Assembly (NCBI GenBank): GCA_032718475.1
Contig: JAUCBJ010001037.1
Span: forward strand, 1-64,000
From: Nemertoderma westbladi
Taxonomy: Eukaryota > Animalia > Xenacoelomorpha
Direction of reading: 5' to 3'
Length of the DNA: 64,000 nucleotides
Below the pieces are notes generated by a model. The model was not told the origin of the DNA. It did not search any database and saw only the letters and a program-made list of their open reading frames with translations. The position numbers and the translations under genes were made by a program. Shown here piece by piece: positions 1 through 14,700 of the stretch (its first letter is position 1; every line of letters starts with the position of its first letter).

Positions 1-102
1 TCACTGACTTAAATAGGGGGGGGGGGGCGTAGAGGAAGGGGGATCACTGGCTTAACTGGGGGGGGGGTAGAGGAAGGGGGATCCCTGGCTCAAATAGAGG
101 GG
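1..102. repeat. Short G-rich tandem repeat (about 40-bp unit, GTAGAGGAAGGGGGATC.CTGGCT plus G-run), G-quadruplex potential
   Basis: Two copies of gtagaggaagggggatc(a/c)ctggct, each preceded by a long G-run; truncated by the window start. Confidence 0.6.
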
Positions 103-437
103 CATAGTGGAATGGTTATTCGTGGCTAATATTTTTGATTTTTATTTGTTTCTACCATATTTTGTTAAACTTATGAATTCTAGTGCAATAATAATACAAA
201 TATGTATGATTTGTAGGTCATTTCCCTTTAGATTTCCTTCAAATAAACCGACACCGCGATTTCTTTATAAATTTCGTAATTCACCAACCTAAAATATATT
301 CAGGTGAACCTATAAGATAGTTTCTTATTGTAATGTTTATTGAATGTTTAAAGTAAAACAAACTAATTACTGTAGGCCTACATAAATATTATTTTACTAG
401 CTATAGTAGTCGAATAAATTCAATCAAAATACCTTCC

Positions 438-990
438 TTAAGGGGGGGGTATACCCCCCCTCAGGTAAAATTTTCAAATTGTTGTTTCTTTATTTCATCT
501 AGAGCAGAATTTAATGAGGATTACAAATCTGGAAAACCGCTTAGTGAGACCTCTTTCAGTTCTCGAGTTATCACTGTTTTTCCGTATGACGGTCTGTCCG
601 TCAAATTGTAAGAAAGACAGAAGACCGACAGACAGAGACCGACAGACAGACAGACTAGATTCCACCAAAAATTAAAACTGACATCGGAAATTAAATCAGC
701 GACCCCGAAAACCCCCGTAATGAACATTTTAGCTCGTTGGTGTGCATCCTTCGTGCCGGAAATAATTAACCAACCAGAACGCAGACAGCCAATTTTGGCG
801 GGACGGTTTAAACTTTGAAGGGCATTTTCTCGGAATGACATCTTTCATTTTCAAATTACTACTCCTCCGTTATTCTTTAACCAATTTTCTTCGTTTATGG
901 CTCATTCGAACGAGCTTTGGAAGCTCTTTAAAAGTTATCTTATGGAATTTTGATAAATATTACCATTTTTTCTAATTAGCCAATTTTAAA
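438..990. mobile_element. Non-autonomous DNA transposon remnant (Kolobok-like TTAA|GG end), same family as 41185-42013
   Basis: Starts TTAA-GGGGGGGGTATACCCCCCC; 650-730 (gactagattcc...aaaactgacatcggaaat...aaaacccccgt...ttttag) matches 41720-41800; right end not located. Confidence 0.45.
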
Positions 991-1662
991 GCAGGACCAA
1001 TCAGAGACAAAAGTTGATATACTGTAGAAATTTGTGCTTCCAAACCCCATGCCATGTCGGCACTTCAATTGAAAAGGATACAATCAATAAATAAGTACAT
1101 AGGAGGATGTGAGTGGAGTGGATGTTTAAACTGAAACGCAACAGAGAAAATACAAATATGTAAACTTAACAAAATCCTATTTGTTGTATAAAATTTAAAC
1201 AATAAATAGTATTTAGTTAAAATTAATTATTATTTACTTTTAATATTAAGACTTCATGTGCCAGATGTCAATCAGGAAGAAAGGATTATAAACAATAATA
1301 TGAAAAGATGCTTAAGATATTTCTAAAAGTTTTCATTTCAGCCCACTAGCAGTAGACTGGAGGACTACCGAATGATTATACTGTCCCAACAAAGACGCAA
1401 CCTGCTGATGGTCTACAGTCTAGCATGTATATCTGCCAAGTTTCAGCTTAAACGGATATCAAATAACGAAATGAGAGAAGGTATTATTCACTTTAAGATA
1501 CTTCGACCTCTAGCGGCAAACTGTAGAAGTGTAGATGGAGTACCGTCCCACAAAGAAACAGCCAGTTTTAACATACTGTATATGCCAAGATTCATCTTAA
1601 ACAGATGAAGATACAGGAAATGGGGAAGGTTATCACTTTCATACATTTCGCCCTCTAAAATC

Positions 1663-2175
1663 ATGTCTCAGTTAATAAATATCCAGAGGAAATTATCTAA
1701 GCAATGCGCTCAGATAAAAGTACTAGAAAAACGTTCCACTAGCGGAGTTTTTGTAATGACGTTAACGGATTTCCAAAAAAAGCTTTTGCCTGAAGCGCAA
1801 AATGAAACAGTGTCGAGTATTTTTTCCGAACCTTTTTATACATCTATGTACGGATATAGAATGTGTGTATGGCTTTACCCCAATGGTGACGGTGCAGGGA
1901 AAGGAACTCATCTCTCTGTGTATATCGTGTTGATGAAGGCGAGTACGATAACATATTACGCTGGCCATTTAAACAAAAAGTTGTTTCACTTTGATGGACC
2001 AAGGCAAGCAAAGGAGACATCTCCAAGACATGTTTATTCCTGATGGTGACAGCTCGAGTTTTCAAAAGCCGGGAGATGATACGAATGACGCCAGTGGATC
2101 TTCTTTGATCGTCGCCCATGACACTTTATTTAAGAAAGGCAATGAATATTTGAAAAATTACACAATCCTACTAAG
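1663..2175 (+). pseudogene. TRAF-family C-terminal coiled coil plus MATH domain, two frameshifts, 3' end cut by an RTE insertion
   Basis: SIFSEPFYTSMYGYRMCVWLYPNGDGAGKGTHLSVYIVLMK / GEYDNILRWPFKQKV / FTLMDQ...FIPDGDSSSFQKP...NDASG...YLKNYTILL is the TRAF MATH signature, spread over three frames. Confidence 0.85.
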
Positions 2176-5085
2176 TACTACTACTACTACAGTAGGATCG
2201 GCATGCTGCATTGCAGCTGCATTTTTAAGAATGCTGTGCCGGCTTGTCAACAAAATTGCACCGCCACAACTCCCTATCACCCATGACATTTGCTAGATCA
2301 TCCGCATCTTTAAGGCCAGTGTCCTTTAAGATGCGTCTCAAGAAAGTCATGGCTGTCCACCATGCTTATTCACACCATGAGGCTGCCAAAGTACAAGATT
2401 ATGCACTGGCTGGTCCTCACGGCGAAAGCAATGTCCTGCAAAGCGGAGGCGATTTTGTTCTAGTGTCAAGCTTGGGGGAACCAATGAGACACCTCCAATG
2501 TTATATAGTGTCTGGTTGGAGATGTGTGCATTGTACTTGACACAATGAACCCGGCGTAGCATTCTTGTGAATGTGCCATCCAGAGATTTGGTGTCCTCAG
2601 CAGTTAGAGCCCAGCATGGACTCCCGTAGAGGAGTACTGGAACTACTGCTGCTCTAAATAATCGGACCTTAAGTTTCCGATTAATTCTCGGTGACTTCCA
2701 AATCCTGGAAAGCCTATTCAAGGCTGCCCATGCCTTTCCCTTACGTATTCGAAGGTCCTCACCTGACTTCCGGATCCATGATCCCAGGTAACAGAAGTCA
2801 TCCACATGCTCAAGCATACCATCCTTTGAGCTTATGCTCATCCGATCAGAGACTTGCTGAGGACTTTCAAAGTTAACTGTCAGAATTTTGGTCTTTCTGG
2901 AGTTAATAAAAAGACCAACACTAGAAGCAGCATGTTCTAATGAGCTGAGGAGCCGTTGGGCTCCCTCTAATGATTCTGAGAGTACTCCTAAGTCATCAGC
3001 AAAGTCTAGATCAGTTAGGTACTACTTGGCAGGATTTCCTCGAATTCTGGAGCCAGTAGGTGGAGTTATCATCACCCCATCATCATTATAATGATCTAAG
3101 GACATGCGTAGAACATAGTCAACCACAATAATGAACAAGAATGGTGCAAGTGTGTCTCCTTGGAGGACGCCCCATAACACTTCAAATGGTTCTGTGTCAC
3201 CGTCAACAGTAGACACAAATGTTGTCGAACCATCGTATACTGATCTGATTGCTGCAATAATTTCATCAGGAATCCCATATAATGAAAGTATGCTGAACAT
3301 ACGTGAGCGAGAGACTGAATCAAAGGCCTTGAAGAAGTCAACAAAGATAACAGCCAGATGTCTGTCTTTCTTTTTTGATAACTCTTCAATTATCCTTCTA
3401 AGTGCCAAAATGGGCTCCATGGTCCCACGACCTTTACGAAACCCATTCTGATTTCCACGGAGCAGTCTCTCAATGGGATCCCTGATGCGATTTAATAGAA
3501 TCCTATTGTATAGCTTTGCAGCAATCGAGATCAATGAGATTCCCCGAAAAGAACCATAGAGTGTTAGGTTGCCCTTCTTGGGAACTGGCACCAACTTATT
3601 TGTTTTCATTTCTTGTGGGACTCTTGTTGTTCGGTACATGTCTACTATGATGGGATAGATGAGCTTTAAACACTCAGGTATTTTAAAGACCTCAGGGGGA
3701 ACACCATCTACTCCACTGGCACGATTGGTCTTAATGCTCTTTGCAGCAGCCTTCACTTCTGCAAAGGAGATATCGCCGATGGGAATATCTGGGAGTACAG
3801 ACTCAGACACTTTTACTTCTATAAAGTTATCAGGCAATACCCTGTCATTATTGAGGAGCTTTTCAAAGTGGGCTTTCCAACCATTGAAGCCATCGGCTGG
3901 TGATTCAGCCTTAACCTTGGTGGTTGGTTGGCTTTTCCGCCCAGTAAGCAGATTGATCGATTTCCATGCCTGGGATGATTGCCTGCTGTCGTCAGCATCA
4001 TTGATGACATCAACCTGTTGGTTTATTAGCTCCATGTAGATTAGCAGAGTACTGCCTGTTCAGGGACCTAGATGCAGCCTTAACTGCATTCTTGGCCGCT
4101 GTAGTCTGTTTGAGTCGGGACTCTTTCTGCGCCTTATGAAGGTCATTTCGGCACTTCTGAATTTTGTTATCAGTCCAGGGGGCCCTTTTCCTGTTTCGAG
4201 GGTATACAGGAACAGTTTCTGCAGCTGCTAACTTAACTGCTTCTGTAAAGGCAGTATAGCCCTCACAGTGATCTGCCGCCTTAGAGGCAAGAGCCTCATA
4301 CCTGTTGCTCAGCTGTAGTGTGAAGCTGGATCTCACACTTGGCTGTTGCAACAGAGAGGACCAGTCATGCCGCGGCAAGGCAGATTTCGTTGTTCTGCTA
4401 GCACGCAGACTAAGTCTTACCTTGGCCACAATAAGGCAGTGATCACTGGAGAAGGGTCGAAGTGTAAATACATTACAGTCTTGTATAGAGCTCCTGTATT
4501 TCCTACGAAACAGAATATGGTCTACCTGGGACTTGTGACCACTGGGTCCACTATGAGTCCATAGCTTTCCAGTTCGCTTCTTGAACTGGGTTCCAGCCGA
4601 AAACAATCCATTTCCAGAGATAAAATCCTGAAGATGGACAGAATTTCGGTTAACACTATTGCTATAGACCCAGGGCGGTGTAGGTGATTGATGCAGACTT
4701 GCATTAAAGTCTCCCAGGAATGTTAAGAATGCATGCTGATCCACTCCATCAGTAGCTGCTACAGGGGCAACACTAGTTGGAGAGTAGCACACAATCAGAA
4801 CCACCTTAGGAAACTTCTTAGCCAGTCTTCCAGAACATGAGAAGTGGCAACGGATGATGCGGTTAGAGATTTGGTCTATTTTGTCCAATGCTGCATGTGC
4901 AGTTGGATTCATCAATAGACCAATTCCACCATTGCCACTATCATCTGCTGACGCGAGGGCGAGTCGCCAACCGCCCCCCATGTCCTTAATCAGAACCTCA
5001 TCAGTCTGTCCAGTCTGCATTCGGTGCTCTTGAACACCCACTGCCACTGCCTTAACGTTGGAGTTAGCGAAACCAATGACACTTA
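2174..5085 (-). mobile_element. RTE-clade non-LTR retrotransposon (APE endonuclease + RT), near full ORF2 but disrupted; (TAG)n 3' tail
   Basis: EN motifs GVQEHR, YSPT, LGDFNA, VDHIL, SDH (4010-5047); RT motifs QNGFR, FVDFFKAFDSV, GVLQGDTLAPFLF, DLDFADD; RTE-type C-terminus RLRFAGHCFR; frameshifts near 4035 and 2352 and an in-frame TAG at 3022 relative to copy 2. Confidence 0.93.
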
Positions 5086-5249
5086 TAATAAAGTAACTTA
5101 TTTCCCTTCTCTCGCAATGTAAAGCACTTCATAATACTTAACCCTACTGCAAACTGTTTCATACTGTACATTGTTTGCTTTTACTAAGTGTAAGGGGATC
5201 TGTGGGCTATTACCATTTTCGATCCGTGTTTTTACATTAAAAAAATTAT

Positions 5250-5345
5250 CAAAGTAAAGTAAAGTAAATTTTATTTGGCCACTAGGCCAGGGATTACGCA
5301 CAAAGTGTGACGACTTATTTCCAGTGCGGTCCCCCCCAGAACTTT
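5250..5345 (-). mobile_element. 3' end of a LINE/SINE with (TTTAC)n tail
   Basis: Minus strand reads GGACCGCACTGGAAATAAG...AATAAAATTTACTTTACTTTACT, resembling CR1/L2-type 3' ends. Confidence 0.4.
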
Positions 5346-5869
5346 ACTCCACAGAGGAAACTATTAAGTACTCATTTAGCTACCACTTAAGGATGCAAGG
5401 CAGAGAGAGAGTGGCGGTTATGTTTCTGTCAACATAACCAATACATATTTCATACCTATTACCACATGGGGTAATAAAAACATTGCCAAACTCTCCACAT
5501 ACAATTGATCACCCCCCCCCCCCCCCCCCACCCTTAAATTTTTTCTACAAATCTAAATAAATTTACCAGTTATTGTATTCGAAAGTCGGGCATTCGAACG
5601 TGTAGGCCTATGAATGTATTACTTTCGCAAATAATACTACAGTAGGACTACACAAAACATGTAATCAAGGTGTACTGAATATCAGGTCATGAAGCGAGCG
5701 GAATTAGCGTGGGCCGATCTTTCCCTATTTATGGCACTTTTTTCATAATATTTTCTTAGAAACTTCTTATATGCTACTTTGGTTCAGGTGGATATGATGA
5801 TTAGGGGCATAAGAAAGGTATTAAAATGTCTTTTCTGGAATGTGCTATGTATATGTATGGAATGTGGAA

Positions 5870-6776
5870 TGTTCTGGAATCCCGCTAGCCGACCACCACC
5901 TAGACTTGTCCCCACAGGAGTTCCGGGACGCCCTGGCGATCCGCTATGGTCGCCCCTTGGGGGCAGTTCCGAGCAGGTGTGATGGGTATGGGGCCGCCTT
6001 TGATTTAAACCACGGTTTAAATTGTAAAAAAGGCGGCCTTGTCATCCAACGCCATAACGAACTGCGGGATGTTTTCGGGGATCTCGCCGCGCTCGCATTT
6101 GGACCGCGTAACGTGGTGCGTGAGCCGATAGTTCGGGAGCAGCAGGGGGAGGAGGGAGCAGCTGGCCTTCGGTGTGACGTGGGCATCCGGGGCGCACTAA
6201 ACCCACAGACTCAGGCGTTGATAGACATACGGGTTGTAAACCTTGACGCCGAGTCTTATGTGGGTCGCGCCCCGATGTCCGTACTAGTGTCTGCCGAAGA
6301 CGAGAAGAGGCGGCACTATGCGGACGTAGTTACCGCTCGAAGAGGCGACTTTTCGCCTTTCGTTGCGTCCTGCTGCGGAGTACTCGCTCCTCAGGCAAAT
6401 CACCTGCTTCGCGTGGTGGCTGGCCGGCTGCATCGGTCATGGGGGCGTCCCTACAGCGTCACCATGATGGGCTGGGTTCGCACCCGCATCCAGCTGGCGG
6501 TCATCCGCGGCGCCACCCACTGCCTTCGGGGATCCAGGGTGAAGTGGAGGAGCGGCCTAGGGCTGGATGACGGTGCTGGGCTACCTTGCGTCTAGCGCGC
6601 TTTAAACTAAAAATTTTCAAAATTTTGTGCTCCTTACCAATAAGTTTTAAAAGTATCATTGTATCCTGGTGATGGGTATCTGTGCAATTGTCCGTTTGTT
6701 AATATTGTTTGTATTTGTTTATTTGTGATAGTAATGTAATAAAAGTTTACTTGCCAACAATTGTATATATATATGT
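5870..6776 (+). mobile_element. 5'-truncated RLE-type (CRE-like) non-LTR retrotransposon: zinc knuckle + restriction-like endonuclease, 3' UTR and (TA)n tail
   Basis: ORF 5840-6595: LSPQEFRDALAIRYG, CDGYG...HGLNC, RHNELRD, RCDV..., IDIRV, AEDEKRRHY, FSPFV; GC-rich island in AT-rich flank; AATAAA then (TA)n at about 6737-6775. Confidence 0.85.
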
Positions 6777-6944
6777 TAAGTGCCTCTATTGCTCTATTGT
6801 GATAGAGCCACCAGTACTTCTACAGAGTGTATTATACTGTACTGTAGTCCTACAGCTGTATACAGTACAAAGTGAATTTCTGAAACATCGCAATGGGAAA
6901 TATACACTAATATGATAAACATACAGACGTAATAAAACTGGTAA

Positions 6945-7046
6945 CAGAACCTGAAAACCTCAAAATGGGACTGTAAGCCGGTTAACCGGTTAATTGATTT
7001 CCAACCGGTTAATTTGAATAAACCGGTTAGCCGTTTCAGACCCTAT
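6945..7046. mobile_element. Probable hAT-type MITE right end (AACCGGTT subterminal repeats ending ...CCCTA)
   Basis: Four (A)ACCGGTTA-type copies at 6977-7029 followed by tttcagacccta; partner end not found. Confidence 0.35.
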
Positions 7047-8688
7047 TTAGTACACCTTGCATGTAATACATTAAAATGTATTTACTTTCGCTTCAGGCCA
7101 TTCATTAATACATCAAGTTCTAGTACATTTTGAATAAACACTTGATACTATTATTTTACAGGCATTGCAATGTTGCCCAGCTTCTTTTGAAATAACTATA
7201 ATATTTTGTATCAAATATAATAAATGGTATGTAGCGGAAACAAATACAAGGAATTTCGAAAGCCCATATCTCAGCTATTTCCCAACCCAATTCAAATATT
7301 TTAACATATTTGGAATCCGCTTGCACAATCCCGCTTTCTACTACTACCAAGACTATAAAGGTTGAATATAACTGCAGTGTAACAGATAAAATATCACCGG
7401 AGACACTTATTTTAAATGCTTGTAGCTAAAGCGACAATAAAAATGTTGTCTCACACAGGAAGGAGCAAGGAGGTGAAACTATCTCTGCTTTGAATTTCAT
7501 GCAATCTCATTTTATAATTTGTATAATTTTTTGTCGGGGCGGGCATGTCAGTGGAATACGTCACTATATTCCGGCCATGGTGTATATTATGTTGAACAAT
7601 AACCTGATACTGGTTTGATTACTTTGATTGAAAACTGCAAATCTCGTTGTACACCGACCTACATTGTAAATTGAATTATTACCATCCAATAAGGTAGAGT
7701 TCTATACCGGTCACTACAATTATAGCTAGGTGCCTGGGCCTAATGGTACCAAGGCTACTAGTAGGGGGTGCCCTTTGATTGTGCCGCACTCTCCTTAGGA
7801 AAAACATTAGGTGGAGCTGGTTGCTATAAACCAATAGAAGGGAGGTTAGAGGGATTGTCCCAAAGACCCCTGCTGTCCTAACCAACACTACTGGATGGAT
7901 TCAGCTGGGATTCCACAATAAACATTCACATCTCTACACAATTACGTCACAGGTTTAACACATTAATTAATTTGTGAGAAGTTGTGCTAATCTAACATTA
8001 TTTAATTTCACGTTAATTTAGTTGCTAAATGAACACCGTAGCAATTGTCTACCATTATTATAATATGACACATTTACTGTATAATTTATACTGTCCGTGC
8101 TGTACTGAACTATGTATATACTAAGCAAGAAGAATAATTAGTGTTTGGAAATGTTGTCACATTACTTCTGTACCTATCTGCATGCACATTCTACTTCTAT
8201 AGAAATAGCCGAGAGAAATCGAATAATGCAGCTGTTGTTTTAGTATTGCTATTGTGTTTGTACGCATTGGTATAAACTATAATTAGCTTACGATGTATAG
8301 ACTTTTACGAGTAACTGACCACAACTTCTGGACTTAAGGAGTTTGTACCTTCGTAAACTATAATCCTTTCCTGCAATTTTGTTAGTCACTATAATTGCAT
8401 TACTTCGCAGTCAATATTTTTATATTCAGAATTGACAATCTATACGATCCAATCCAACGATCACACCATTTGTGGGGCTTCTCTGTGCCACAGTATTTTT
8501 TTTATTTTCACACTTATTTGTTGCTTTAATTTTATTCTACAGTGTAGAGTATTCGAATAACTGTATACTTATAATAAAAATACATTCATTATATATTACT
8601 TTATTTCCTTGTACATCCAATACGCTTGTTATTTTTAATTGTTTTGATTTTGTTTATATTAATGATAAGTTTCTGATGGGCGATGGGT

Positions 8689-8773
8689 TTATATTAGTTC
8701 GTTAATAAAAGGTGAGTAATACTTTATCAGATTGTAATAATATCCGCAACCATAGGAAAATATACCTTGAACT
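8689..8773 (-). CDS. Candidate terminal coding exon of an unidentified minus-strand gene (VQGIFSYGCGYYYNLIKYYSPFINELI*)
   Basis: Acceptor ttcctattacttttAG about 70 nt after the 27-bp array ends; frame-compatible with exon 33348-33408; AATAAA on minus strand at 8600-8605; no recognised homology. Confidence 0.4.
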
Positions 8774-11700
8774 CTAAAAGTAATAGGAATTTCGTCCCAA
8801 AGTATACAGTATATCTTTAAAGTCAATCACTTTATCAAAGTCTATCACTAACAATCCTACTAGATCCGTACTCACTAATAATCCTACTAGATCCGTACTC
8901 ACTAATAATCCTACTAGATCCGTACTCACTAATAGTCCTACTAGATCCGTACTCACTAATAGTCCTACTAGATCCGTACTCACTAATAATCCTACTAGAT
9001 CCGTACTCACTAATAATCCTACTAGACTCACTAATAATCCTACTAGATCCGTACTCACTAATAATCATACTAGATCCGTACTCACTAATAGTACTACTAG
9101 ATCCGTACTCACTAATAATCATACTAGATCCGTACTCACTAATAGTCCTACTAGATCCGTACTCACTAATAATCCTACTAGATCCGTACTCACTAATAAT
9201 CATACTAGATCCGTACTCACTAATAGTCCTACTAGATCCGTACTCACTAATAGTCCTACTAGATCCGTACTCACTAATAATCCTACTAGACTCACTAATA
9301 ATCCTACTAGATCCGTACTCACTAATAATCATACTAGATCCGTACTCACTAATAGTCCTACTAGATCCGTACTCACTAATAATCCTACTAGATCCGTATT
9401 CACTAATAATCCTACTAGATCCGTACTCACTAATAATCCTACTAGATCCGTACTCACTAATAGTCCTACTAGATCCGTACTCACCAATAATCCTACTAGA
9501 TCCGTACTCACTAATAGTCCTACTAGATCCGTACTCACTAATAATCCTACTAGATCCGTACTCACTAATAATCCTACTAGATCCGTACTCACTAATAATC
9601 CTACTAGACTCACTAATAATCCTACTAGACTCACTAATAATCCTACTATATCCGTACTCACTAATAATCCTACTAGATCCGTACTCACTAATAATCATAC
9701 TAGATCCGTACTCACTAATAATCCTACTAGACTCACTAATAATCCTACTAGATCCGTACTCACTAATAATCATACTAGATCCGTACTCACTAATAGTCCT
9801 ACTAGATCCGTACTCACTAATAATCCTACTAGATCCGTATTCACTAATAATCCTACTAGATCCGTACTCACTAATAATCCTACTAGATCCGTACTCACTA
9901 ATAGTCCTACTAGATCCGTACTCACCAATAATCCTACTAGATCCGTACTCACTAATAGTCCTACTAGATCCGTACTCACTAATAATCCTACTAGATCCGT
10001 ACTCACTAATAGTCCTACTAGATCCGTACTCACTAATAATCCTACTAGACTCACTAATAATCCTACTAGATCCGTACTCACTAATAGTCCTACTAGATCC
10101 GTACTCACTAATAATCCTACTAGACTCACTAATAATCCTACTAGATCCGTACTCACTAATAATCATACTAGATCCGTACTCACTAATAGTCCTACTAGAT
10201 CCGTACTCACTAATAATCCTACTAGATCCGTATTCACTAATAATCCTACTAGATCCGTACTCACTAATAATCCTACTAGATCCGTACTCACTAATAGTCC
10301 TACTAGATCCGTACTCACCAATAATCCTACTAGATCCGTACTCACTAATAGTCCCACTAGATCCGTACTCACTAATAATCCTACTAGATCCGTACTCACT
10401 AATAATCCTACTAGATCCGTACTCACTAATAATCCTACTAGACTCACTAATAATCCTACTAGACTCACTAATAATCCTACTATATCCGTACTCACTAATA
10501 ATCCTACTAGATCCGTACTCACTAATAATCATACTAGATCCGTACTCACTAATAATCCTACTAGACTCACTAATAATCCTACTATATCCGTACTCACTAA
10601 TAATCCTACTAGATCCGTACTCACTAATAATCATACTAGATCCGTACTCACTAATAATCCTACTAGACTCACTAATAATCCTACTAGATCCGTACTCACT
10701 AATAATCATACTAGATCCGTACTCACTAATAGTACTACTAGATCCGTACTCACTAATAATCATACTAGATCCGTACTCACTAATAGTACTACTAGATCCG
10801 TACTCACTAATAGTCCTACTAGATCCGTACTCACTAATAATCCTACTAGATCCGTATTCACTAATAATCCTACTAGATCCGTACTCACTAATAATCCTAC
10901 TAGATCCGTACTCACTAATAATCATACTAGATCCGTACTCACTAATAATCCTACTAGACTCACTAATAATCCTACTAGATCCGTACTCACTAATAATCAT
11001 ACTAGATCCGCACTCACTAATAGTACTACTAAATCCGTACTCACTAATAGTCCTACTAGACTCACTAATAATCCTACTAGATCCGTACCCACTAATAGTC
11101 CTACTAGATCCGTACTCACTAATAGTCCTACTAGATCCGTACTCACTAATAATCCTACTAGATCCGTACTCACTAATAATCCTACTAGACTCACTAATAA
11201 TCCTACTAGATCCGTACTCACTAATAATCATACTAGATCCGTACTCACTAATAGTACTACTAGATCCGTACTCACTAATAATCATACTAGATCCGTACTC
11301 ACTAATAGTCCTACTAGATCCGTACTCACTAATAATCCTACTAGATCCGTACTCACTAATAATCATACTAGATCCGTACTCACTAATAGTCCTACTAGAT
11401 CCGTACTCACTAATAGTCCTACTAGATCCGTACTCACTAATAATCCTACTAGACTCACTAATAATCCTACTAGATCCGTACTCACTAATAATCATACTAG
11501 ATCCGTACTCACTAATAGTCCTACTAGATCCGTACTCACTAATAATCCTACTAGATCCGTATTCACTAATAATCCTACTAGATCCGTACTCACTAATAAT
11601 CCTACTAGATCCGTACTCACTAATAATCCTACTAGATCCGTACTCACTAATAATCATACTAGATCCGTACTCACTAATAATCCTACTAGATCCGTACCCA

Positions 11701-14700
11701 CTAATAGTCCTACTAGATCCGTACTCACTAATAATCATACTAGATCCGTACTCACTAATAATCCTACTAGATCCGTACTCACTAATAATCCTACTAGATC
11801 CGTACTCACTAATAATCCTACTAGATCCGTACTCACTAATAGTCCTACTAGACTCACTAATAATCCTACTAGATCCGTACCCACTAATAGTCCTACTAGA
11901 TCCGTACTCACTAATAATCCTACTAGATCCGTACTCACTAATAATCCTACTAGATCCGTACTCACTAATAGTCCTACTAGATCCGTACTCACCAATAATC
12001 CTACTAGATCCGTACTCACTAATAGTCCTACTAGATCCGTACTCACTAATAGTCCTACTAGATCCGTACTCACTAATAGTCCTACTAGATCCGTACTCAC
12101 TAATAATCCTACTAGATCCGTATTCACTAATAATCCTACTAGATCCGTACTCACTAATAATTCTACTAGACTCACTAATAGTCCTACTAGATCCGTACTC
12201 ACTAATAATCATACTAGATCCGTACTCACTAATAATCATACTAGATCCGTACTCACTAATAATCCTACTAGATCCGTACTCACTAATAATCCTACTAGAT
12301 CCGTACTCACTAATAATCCTACTAGATCCGTACTCACTAATAATCCTACTAGATCCGTACTCACGTACTCACTAATAATCCTACTAGATCCGTACTCACT
12401 AATAATCCTACTAGATCCGTACTCACTAATAGTCCTACTAGATCCGTACTCACCAATAATCCTACTAGATCCGTACTCACTAATAGTCCTACTAGATCCG
12501 TACTCACTAATAGTCCTACTAGATCCGTACTCACTAATAGTCCTACTAGATCCGTACTCACTAATAATCCTACTAGATCCGTACTCACTAATAATCCTAC
12601 TAGATCCGTACTCACTAATAATCCTACTAGATCCGTACTCACTAATAATCCTACTAGATCCGTATTCACTAATAATCCTACTAGATCCGTACTCACTAAT
12701 AATTCTACTAGACTCACTAATAGTCCTACTAGATCCGTACTCACTAATAATCATACTAGATCCGTACTCACTAATAATCATACTAGATCCGTACTCACTA
12801 ATAATCCTACTAGATCCGTACTCACTAATAATCCTACTAGATCCGTACTCACTAATAATCCTACTAGATCCGTACTCACTAATAATCCTACTAGATCCGT
12901 ACTCACTAATAATCCTACTAGATCCGTATTCACTAATAATCCTACTAGATCCGTACTCACTAATAATTCTACTAGACTCACTAATAGTCCTACTAGATCC
13001 GTACTCACTAATAATCATACTAGATCCGTACTCACTAATAATCATACTAGATCCGTACTCACTAATAATCATACTAGATCCGTACTCACTAATAATCATA
13101 CTAGATCCGTACTCACTAATAATCCTACTAGATCCGTACTCACTAATAATCATACTAGATCCGTACTCACTAATAATCATACTAGATCCGTACTCACTAA
13201 TAATCCTACTAGATCCGTACTCACTAATAATCCTACTAGATCCGTACTCACTAATAGTCCTACTAGATCCGTACTCACTAATAATCATACTAGATCCGTA
13301 CTCACTAATAATCCTACTAGATCCGTACTCACTAATAATCCTACTAGATCCGTACTCACTAATAGTCCTACTAGATCCGTACTCACTAATAATCCTACTA
13401 GATCCGTACTCACTAATAATCCTACTAGATCCGTACTCACTAATAGTCCTACTAGATCCGTACTCACTAATAATCCTACTAGATCCGTACTCACTAGTAG
13501 TCCTACTAGATCCGTACTCACTAATAGTCCTACTAGATCCGTACTCACTAATAATCCTACTAGATCCGTACTCACTAATAATCCTACTAGATCCGTACTC
13601 ACTAACAATCCTACTAGATCCGTACTCACTAATAATCCTACTAGATCCGTACTCACTAATAATCCTACTAGATCCGTACCCACTAATAGTCCTACTAGAT
13701 CCGTACTCACTAATAATCATACTAGATCCGTACTCACTAATAATCCTACTAGATCCGTACCCACTAATAGTCCTACTAGATCCGTACTCACTAATAATCC
13801 TACTAGATCCGTACTCACTAATAATCCTACTAGATCCGTACCCACTAATAGTCCTACTAGATCCGTACTCACTAATAATCATACTAGATCCGTACTCACT
13901 AATAATCCTACTAGATCCGTACCCACTAATAGTCCTACTAGATCCGTACTCACTAATAATCATACTAGATCCGTACTCACTAATAATCATACTAGATCCG
14001 TACTCACCAATAGTCCTACTAGATCCGTACTCACTAATAATCCTACTAGATCCGTACTCACTAGTAGTCCTACTAGATCCGTACTCACTAATAATCCTAC
14101 TAGACCCGTACTCACTAATAATCCTACTAGATCCGTACTCACTAATAATCCTACTAGATCCGTACTCACTAATAGTCCTACTAGATCCGTACTCACTAAT
14201 ATTCCTACTAGATCCGTACTTACCAATAATCCTACTAGATCCGTACTCACTAATAATCCTACTAGATCCGTACTCACTAATAATCCTACTAGATCCGTAC
14301 TCACTAATAGTCCTACTAGATCCGTACTCACTAATAATCCTACTAGATCCGTACTCACTAATAAACCTACTAGATCCGTACTCACTAATAATCCTACTAA
14401 ATCCGTACTCACTAATAATCCTACTAGGTCCGTACTCACTAATATTCCTACTAGATCCGTACTCACTAATAATCCTACTAGATCCGTACTCACTAATAAT
14501 CCTACTAGATCCGTACTCACTAATAGTCCTACTAGATCCGTACTCACCAATAATCCTACTAGATCCGTACTCATTAATAATCCTACTAGATCCGTACTCA
14601 CTAATAGTCCTACTAGATCCGTACTCACTAATAATCCTACTAGATCCGTACTCACTAATAAACCTACTAGATCCGTACTCACTAATAATCCTACTAAATC

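Noticed and set aside
2244-4704. Short ORFs antisense or out of frame within RTE, and likewise within Gypsy and the LINE
   Set aside because: Shadow ORFs of transposon coding sequence, repeated identically in the second RTE copy
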